In this document: piece by piece, positions 57,933-64,000 of the stretch | Layout of the letters: each line of letters begins with the position of its first letter | Position numbering within the stretch: the first letter of the stretch is position 1 | Made by a program: the position numbers and the translations under genes | Notes under the pieces: model-generated | Databases searched by the model: none | What the model was told of the DNA's origin: nothing | The model's input: the letters and a program-made list of their open reading frames with translations, nothing else | NCBI GenBank assembly: GCA_041621735.1 | Contig: JBFKAF010000001.1 | Span: 19,074 to 83,073, forward strand | Direction of reading: 5' to 3' | Length of the DNA: 64,000 bases | DNA from: Pseudomonas sp. | GTDB taxonomy: Bacteria > Pseudomonadota > Gammaproteobacteria > Pseudomonadales > Pseudomonadaceae

Positions 57933-59132
57933 ATGCGCAAAGTCAATTACCCGATCTACGATGTCGACCGCCACTTCTACGAGCCGCCGGAAGCGTTTCT
58001 GACCTATCTGCCCAAGGAGTTCCGCAAGGAGTTCCAGTACGTGCAGATCAACGGCCGCACCAAGCTAGCCGTTGGCGGTGTGATCAGCGACTACATCCCG
58101 AATCCGACGTTCGACGTGGTCGCCGCTCCCGGTGCACATGAAAAGTGGTACCGCGGTGATAACCCCGAAGGCCTGTCACTGCGCGATATTGGCGGCGCGC
58201 CGGTACCCTCCGACCCCGCCTTCTATGACGGTGCCGCACACCTGAAGGTGATGGATGAGCAGAATATCCACGCCGGCCTGTTCATTCCCACCCTGGCCTC
58301 GGTGATCGAGGAGCGTTTGGCAGACAAACCCGAGGTGATCGCAGCGCTGATGCACTCGTCCAACCGCTGGCTGGCCGAGGGCTGCGGCTTTGCCCGCGAC
58401 AATCGACTGTTTCCGGTGCCCATGATCAACCTGTTCAATGTCGACCGCGCCGTCGAAGAGCTGGAGTTCGTGCTGAAGCATGGCGCTCGCGTAGTAGGCA
58501 TCCGCCCGGCTCCAGTGGCCGGTACCCAGGACCCTCTGGCCGGGCGCGCTCCGGGTATGGCAGAGTTCGACCCATTCTGGGCGCGCATCAACGAAGCGAA
58601 CGTCTTCGTCATACTGCACGTTTCCGACTCCGGCTACGACAAGATCAACCGCTGGTGGACCGCTGGCGGCAAGGGCGAATTCCGCCCTTTCGAAAAGGAT
58701 CCTTTCGCCGAAGTACTCGACTGGATGGGCCGCGCCATCTCCGACACGCTGTCTTCGCTGGTCTGCCACGGCGTCTTCGACCGCTTCCCGCATGTCCGGG
58801 TGGCGTCGCTGGAAAACGGCAGCACCTGGCTGGAACCCCTGCTCGCTCGCTTAGCGCTGAACTACAAGAAGATGCCCAAACTGTTCAAACAGGATCCGGT
58901 GGAGAGCTTCAAGAAGCACGTTTTCATCTCGCCGTTCTATGAAGAGCCGGTTTTGCGCCTATGCGAAATCATGGGTGACAACCGCATTCTGTTCGGTAGT
59001 GACTGGCCGCACCCGGAAGGCCTGAAGACCCCTTGGGACTTCTTTAAGGACATCGCCGACCTCAGCGACGACCAGGCCCAGCGTGTAATGAGCGCCAACC
59101 TCAAGGGGCTGCTGGAAGGCGTTCGCGACTGA
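57933..59132 (+). CDS. Amidohydrolase_2 family metal-dependent hydrolase
   Basis: YDVDRHFYEP, ILH, GVFDRFP, ENGSTW, FGSDWPHPE. Confidence 0.88.
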   Translation: MRKVNYPIYDVDRHFYEPPEAFLTYLPKEFRKEFQYVQINGRTKLAVGGVISDYIPNPTFDVVAAPGAHEKWYRGDNPEGLSLRDIGGAPVPSDPAFYDGAAHLKVMDEQNIHAGLFIPTLASVIEERLADKPEVIAALMHSSNRWLAEGCGFARDNRLFPVPMINLFNVDRAVEELEFVLKHGARVVGIRPAPVAGTQDPLAGRAPGMAEFDPFWARINEANVFVILHVSDSGYDKINRWWTAGGKGEFRPFEKDPFAEVLDWMGRAISDTLSSLVCHGVFDRFPHVRVASLENGSTWLEPLLARLALNYKKMPKLFKQDPVESFKKHVFISPFYEEPVLRLCEIMGDNRILFGSDWPHPEGLKTPWDFFKDIADLSDDQAQRVMSANLKGLLEGVRD

Positions 59133-59153
59133 TGGCACCGATATAGTGTGGAG

Positions 59154-59183
59154 GGGCATGGGAGAGGACTCCCGTGCCCTTTT
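59154..59183 (+). terminator. Rho-independent terminator
   Basis: GGGCATGGGAG-AGGA-CTCCCGTGCCC-TTTT after the amidohydrolase stop. Confidence 0.75.
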
Positions 59184-59482
59184 CTCGTTTGCGCTAGTTT
59201 CCGACCCCAAAGCTCTTCACGCACAGATTCGAACAGCAACGCTGAATCAATCGGCCCAGCTCGCAGAGTCGAGACGCGCCTACCCCACTACTCTCGAACA
59301 CTGCCATGTGCAATGAAGATAGATGTCCACCTCAGGCTGACAGGACAACAGCACGGACGACTCGCGGTTGGCCAAGGCGCGAAGGGGTGACGGGCATGAC
59401 AGGCCGGAGCGGGCACCCCGATCCTCGTTGGTCAACAATCCCATCCCGCAGGGCATACCGCGCGCACAATAACAGGCACAGT

Positions 59483-60757
59483 TCAGGTGCCCGCTCCCCT
59501 ATCCTCCAGTGCTTTCGCGACCATATCGCCTTTCTCCTCGTCCGCGGGATAGCCGAGCTCACTGCGCACCGGTTGAGACTTGTCTCGCCCGGTCGGCCAG
59601 AGCGCTGTGCCCGCCAACAGCAGCGTCAGCACCCAGTAGGTAACCGTCGGACCCACGCCGTGCAGCAGCGTACCGGCCAGCGGACCGATTACGATCCCGA
59701 GCCCCTGCATGACCCCAATCGAGCCTGCCGCCGCGCCCTGCTCGTGAGGCTCCACTGCATTCGTTGCCAGGGTCGCAAAGGCCGGAAAAAGCCAGCCCAT
59801 ACCCAGCGCGGCGACGAAGTAGCTGACACCCAGCATTGGTACCGTGGTCGCCATGGCGGCCCCGATGAAGCCCACGGCGGCGACCAGACCGCCAACACGG
59901 ACGAGCCGCAGCGCCGACCAGCACAGGCGACGCACCAACAGCTGTGCCAGGATTATCGCAATGCCGGTCAAGGTCAACGCCAGGCTGGCTGCCCGAGCCG
60001 CCGCAATCGGCTCTAGCTGCAACTGGTCGAGGGCATAGAAACCCGCTGTCATCTGCGCAGCACCTATGGCGGTCACCACGATAAGGCAGACCATCATGGC
60101 CCGGCGCAGGCGCGGATCGGCCAGGCGCAGCGGCGATTCCTGCCGAGCACGCGGCTGCTCATGCCGCGGCAATGCACACCACAGGACGACGAAGCCGAGG
60201 GCGGGCAACACCGCGGTGACATACAGCGGCAGAGTGAGACTGGACTGAGCCAACAGACCGGCCAAAGCCGGGCCAACCACCATACCCAGGCCGCCGGAAG
60301 CGCCCAACGTCGCCAGCGCGCCGGCCCGCTCGCCCGGCCCGTAGTGATCGGCGATCAGTGCCTGAGCAGCGGTAGGGATCGCGGAATAGAAAGCCCCCAC
60401 TGCCCCCCGCGTGGCCACCAGGCCGAGGAAGGCGAAGAGCGCAGCGGGCAAAAAGTGCAAACAGAGCACGATGACCGCGCACATACTCCAGTAAGCCAGG
60501 GTTACCCCTCCGGCACCCAGCAGCAAGGTATAGCGCCGGCCATAGCGGTCGGCCATCGCCCCCCACAGCCGCGCCAGCAACATCCACAGAATGCCACCCA
60601 GAGTGACGGCGAACCCAGCCTGCCAGGGCTGCAGGCCGAGCACGCGGGCGATCGGCCCCGCCAGGGAAACGAACGAGACCACGGCCATGGTGCAGGCCAT
60701 ATTGGCGAACAGCAGGGACGGAAGGAACGATGCGCCAGGCGCCTCACTACGAGTCAT
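59483..60757 (-). CDS. MFS transporter (DHA1/TetA-like)
   Basis: WGAMADRYGRR motif A, AQALIAD, GMVVGPALAG. Confidence 0.9.
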   Translation of the reverse strand: MTRSEAPGASFLPSLLFANMACTMAVVSFVSLAGPIARVLGLQPWQAGFAVTLGGILWMLLARLWGAMADRYGRRYTLLLGAGGVTLAYWSMCAVIVLCLHFLPAALFAFLGLVATRGAVGAFYSAIPTAAQALIADHYGPGERAGALATLGASGGLGMVVGPALAGLLAQSSLTLPLYVTAVLPALGFVVLWCALPRHEQPRARQESPLRLADPRLRRAMMVCLIVVTAIGAAQMTAGFYALDQLQLEPIAAARAASLALTLTGIAIILAQLLVRRLCWSALRLVRVGGLVAAVGFIGAAMATTVPMLGVSYFVAALGMGWLFPAFATLATNAVEPHEQGAAAGSIGVMQGLGIVIGPLAGTLLHGVGPTVTYWVLTLLLAGTALWPTGRDKSQPVRSELGYPADEEKGDMVAKALEDRGAGT

Positions 60758-60842
60758 GGGTTACTCTCCTGTCGGGCTTGCGAGCGCTTTCAGCGCGGTC
60801 AACGGCCGTGCTGCAAAACATGCGTTGAAAAGGCTGCACCGA

Positions 60843-62870
60843 TCAGATCCGGAACGCCCCGATTACCTGTTGCAGATGCACCACCTGCGCATTTAGCTCC
60901 CCACTGGCCTGCTCCGCCCGGACTGCACCGTCGGCCGTGCGCTCGCCCACCTGACTAATTTCCACCAGGTTCTTGTCGATGTCCTGGGAAACTGCCGTCT
61001 GTTGTTCGGCTGCGGCAGCGATCTGCTGACTCTGATCGACAATGGTGCCGATGGCGCACAGGATCTTGTCCAGCGCACCTTCCACATGATCAGCCTGCTC
61101 GGCGGTCGCGCCGGCAATCTGATGGCTGTCGCCCATGGCCTTGACCGTCGCGCCGACTCGATTGCGCAAGTTGGCGATCATCTGTTCGATTTCCGTGGTC
61201 GATTTCTGGGTGCGTCGCGCCAGCGTGCGCACTTCGTCGGCCACCACAGCGAAACCCCGGCCCTGCTCGCCGGCGCGTGCCGCTTCGATCGCCGCATTGA
61301 GCGCCAACAGGTTGGTCTGCTCGGCGATACTCTTGATTACATCCAACACCTGGCCGATGGCATTACTGTCGACTGCCAACTGATTGATCACCAACATGGA
61401 CTTGTCGATTTCACCAGCCAACGCCTGGATGTTTTCCACCTGCTGACGAACCATCTTGCGTCCGCGGATCGTTTCATCATTGGCGCTGCGTGCAGAATCG
61501 GCTGTAGCCACCGCGCCGCGGGCTACTTCCTGGGCGGTCGCAGACAGCTCGTTCATGGCCGTAGCGGCCTGCTCGAGTTGTCCACGTTGCTCGGCCACGG
61601 CCCTGGAGCTGGCCGCCGATACGGATTGCACCAATTCGGTTTGCTGCCCGACCTGCAGCGCCACGCTACTGACCCGACGAATCAGGTCCTGAATTTTCCC
61701 GATCGCACCATTGAAGGTCGCCCCCAGTTCGGCCAATTCGTCGCGACTGCTGCCTCGGAAGCTGGCCGTCATGTCTCCTGCCGCCACCTTGTGCATAACC
61801 TGACCCAGATCGCCCAGTACCCCGCGGGTGGAAAAATAGAAGGCGCTGTAGAGGTAAAGGATCAGCGAAAAGACCGCCGCCAACGCTGCCAGCAGCAGGA
61901 TCATCTGTCGCCTGGCCTGGACGATCCGCGTTTCCAGCTCTGCCCCCAACACCTCGAACGCGGCCTCGTTGAGGCGATGACTCATCTCGCTGATGCCGCT
62001 CATCTGGTCGAAAAAAACGGGCCAGGGCATCTTCAACTCAGCGGCATTGAGTACCTGCTCATCGACCAGCGAGCGCGCCTCGGCCAGACCCTCCAGACTT
62101 TGCTGCGTCGCCGCAGCCAGTTCCTGATAGTTACTGGCGCTGAGCAGCAAGTCCTCGGTCTTCAGCCGATACTCCGCGCCCAGATCCCCCAGACCAACCA
62201 CTAGGTTGTCCAGCAGAATGATGTCATTTGAGCTAAGGAAACCCTGCCCCAGCGCCGCCGATCCCTGAGCACGTGCGCTGCTCAGCAGCTGCATGACCTT
62301 GGGCACATTGAGGCTGGCCAACTCGCCGACCTGACGCACTAGCGTCTGTTCGTCCTGACTGAGTCCTACCTGAGAAACCAGATAGAGCACAAACAGCTCG
62401 CAGCGCTTGGCCAGTTGCTCGGCCAACTCCATCTTTGGTCCCCCGCCAGCCATCTTGGCCAGGCGCTCGACGCCGTCTCGCAGCTCGTCGCGTTTCTGCC
62501 GGAAGACCTCGGCCTGCTCGGCACTGCTGCCGTCCCACTCAAGTAACTGAACCAGCTCCATCGCACGCTGCTCGGCACTCTGGATACGCTGTTCGATATC
62601 GCTGCTCTTGTCCACCTGACTGACCCGGACCCGAATCAACGTGAGGTCCTTGAGTCGCTCCAGTTGATAGCTCAGCGCCAACGCCCGCTCCACCAGCGGC
62701 AAACTGTCCAGCAGAGCTTCGGCATCGCGCCACTGCTGCTGCGTATCGCGTACCAGGAAGTAATTTGTGCCGAGTAGAGGCACAAAAAACAAAGCACTGA
62801 TCAGACTGAACTTCATGGCGAAGCCCAAGCTATTCATCAGTTTTATCCCAGGAGTCAGAACAGTCTTCAT
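60843..62870 (-). CDS. Methyl-accepting chemotaxis protein
   Basis: Two TM helices, [38 protein letters not shown]; start moved to ATG 62870 after GAGGG. Confidence 0.93.
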   Translation of the reverse strand: MKTVLTPGIKLMNSLGFAMKFSLISALFFVPLLGTNYFLVRDTQQQWRDAEALLDSLPLVERALALSYQLERLKDLTLIRVRVSQVDKSSDIEQRIQSAEQRAMELVQLLEWDGSSAEQAEVFRQKRDELRDGVERLAKMAGGGPKMELAEQLAKRCELFVLYLVSQVGLSQDEQTLVRQVGELASLNVPKVMQLLSSARAQGSAALGQGFLSSNDIILLDNLVVGLGDLGAEYRLKTEDLLLSASNYQELAAATQQSLEGLAEARSLVDEQVLNAAELKMPWPVFFDQMSGISEMSHRLNEAAFEVLGAELETRIVQARRQMILLLAALAAVFSLILYLYSAFYFSTRGVLGDLGQVMHKVAAGDMTASFRGSSRDELAELGATFNGAIGKIQDLIRRVSSVALQVGQQTELVQSVSAASSRAVAEQRGQLEQAATAMNELSATAQEVARGAVATADSARSANDETIRGRKMVRQQVENIQALAGEIDKSMLVINQLAVDSNAIGQVLDVIKSIAEQTNLLALNAAIEAARAGEQGRGFAVVADEVRTLARRTQKSTTEIEQMIANLRNRVGATVKAMGDSHQIAGATAEQADHVEGALDKILCAIGTIVDQSQQIAAAAEQQTAVSQDIDKNLVEISQVGERTADGAVRAEQASGELNAQVVHLQQVIGAFRI

Positions 62871-62954
62871 GACGATGCCCTCGTTTTTTTTATTAGAACT
62901 GGCGTGGCTTGCCTGCTGCGGTACTGGCGCCGCCGCATGCGAATACGGAATAAT

Positions 62955-62973
62955 AACTGACAATACGTTATTT
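62955..62973. promoter_or_regulatory. Cluster-wide operator, copy 10
   Basis: AACTGAC-AATAC-GTTATTT between the divergent MCP and thiolase genes. Confidence 0.7.
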
Positions 62974-63031
62974 ATATAGCGTGCGCCATTTACTAAGCCC
63001 GGTTGTTGCCGGCACCTACCAGGAGCGAAAA

Positions 63032-64000
63032 ATGAGCAAGCACGAAGTGGTGATAGTCAGCGCTGTACGCACCGCGATCGGGGACTTCGGCGGTAGCTTG
63101 AAAGGCCAGTCGCCTACCGAGTTGGGCGCCCGGGTGACCGAGGAAGCCCTGCGCCGCGCCGGAGTGAGTGGTAATGAGGTCGATCACCTAGTGTTCGGCA
63201 ATGTCATCCACAGTGAACCCAAAGACATGTACCTGAGCCGCGTCGTCGCCTTGCAGGCTGGCCTCAGCGAACAGATACCGGCGCTGACGCTCAACCGCCT
63301 CTGTGGCTCAGGCCTGCAGGCGATCATCAGCGCCGCCCAAGGGATTCTCCTGGGCGACAGCCGAATCGCGGTGGCTGGCGGCGCAGAATGTATGAGCCGG
63401 GCCCCCTACGCCAGCAGCACTGCCCGTTTTGGCGCTCGCCTGGGTGATGTGAAGCTGACTGACATGCTCACCGGTGCTCTCACCGACCCTTTCCATGATG
63501 TTCACATGGGCATCACCGCGGAAAATGTCGGCAAGGCCCACGGCATCTCCCGAGAAGAGCAGGATGCCCTCGCCCTGGAGTCTCACTGCCGCGCTGCACG
63601 CGCGATCGAGCTGGGGTATTTTCGCGAGCAAATCCTGCCGATCACCCTCAACAGCCGCAAAGGCCCGCTGCAGTTCGACACCGACGAGCATGTGCGCAGC
63701 AGCGCCAGCCTGGAAGACTTCAGCAAGCTCAAGCCGGTGTTCGACCGCGAGCGTGGCAGTGTCACCGCCGGCAATGCTTCCAGCCTTAACGATGGCGCCG
63801 CCGCCCTGGTCCTGATGGAGCGCGCCACCGCCGAGCGCCGTGGCCTGAAACCGCTCGCTCGCCTGCTTTCCTATGGCCATGCTGGCGTGGATCCGCTGCA
63901 CATGGGCATTGGCCCAGTACCGGCTTCGCGCCAGGCCCTTGAGCGTGCGGGCCTTAGCGTCGCCGACCTGGATCTGGTGGAAGCTAATGAGGCCTTCGCC
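63032..64000 (+). CDS. bktB: Acetyl-CoA C-acyltransferase / beta-ketothiolase, BktB-like (partial)
   Basis: Absent from the ORF track (no stop). AGGAG RBS; [24 protein letters not shown]...DMYLSRV...NRLCGSG...EANEAFA at the window end. Confidence 0.85.
   Translation, partial: MSKHEVVIVSAVRTAIGDFGGSLKGQSPTELGARVTEEALRRAGVSGNEVDHLVFGNVIHSEPKDMYLSRVVALQAGLSEQIPALTLNRLCGSGLQAIISAAQGILLGDSRIAVAGGAECMSRAPYASSTARFGARLGDVKLTDMLTGALTDPFHDVHMGITAENVGKAHGISREEQDALALESHCRAARAIELGYFREQILPITLNSRKGPLQFDTDEHVRSSASLEDFSKLKPVFDRERGSVTAGNASSLNDGAAALVLMERATAERRGLKPLARLLSYGHAGVDPLHMGIGPVPASRQALERAGLSVADLDLVEANEAFA

Noticed and set aside
59184-59482. About 300-bp gap between convergent genes as an sRNA or small ORF
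   Set aside because: No recognisable promoter, RBS-supported ORF or RNA family signature beyond the terminator.
6504-62973. Recurrent palindromes as a CRISPR array or REP family
   Set aside because: Dispersed single AT-rich copies upstream of gene starts, with no spacer periodicity and no cas or RAYT gene; an operator fits better.
1-64000. Calling the region a mobile genomic island or ICE
   Set aside because: No integrase, tRNA att site, conjugation gene or boundary is visible in this window.

Overview
GC-rich, Pseudomonas-like DNA (Hfq/Crc-type A-rich leaders, a Pseudomonas-style MCP, an ERIC-like MITE). Almost all of it is one large accessory catabolic cluster of about 50 intact CDS that runs off both ends. 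It encodes a DUF1302/DUF1329/YCF48-BNR/RND lipid-uptake-type module, a KshA-like Rieske oxygenase-cupin-SnoaL operon and a heavily duplicated CoA-dependent toolkit (4 CoA ligases, heteromeric and fused acyl-CoA dehydrogenases, 3 crotonases, a MaoC hydratase, 3 thiolase-fold proteins, 2 thioesterases, a CoA transferase, several SDRs). It also has an Lva/ACAD10-11-like kinase-ACAD-SDR module, hydrolases, 2 MFS transporters, a chemoreceptor and 3 regulators, one an ArsR-MarR fusion. The substrate cannot be named from sequence; a bulky alicyclic, terpenoid or steroid-like lipid is inferred. The strongest non-annotated signal is a 19-bp palindrome, A[AG][CA]T[GA]AC-N5-GT[CT]A[GT][TC]T, in about 10 promoter regions across the window, with decayed copies (one before a pseudogene), which suggests one regulon. 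Two modules carry different palindromes. A decayed block (ferredoxin, two SDRs, a membrane protein) lies at about 33-37 kb. No CRISPR array, rRNA, tRNA, integrase or intact transposase was seen. All family calls are by eye from motifs; no database searches were run.
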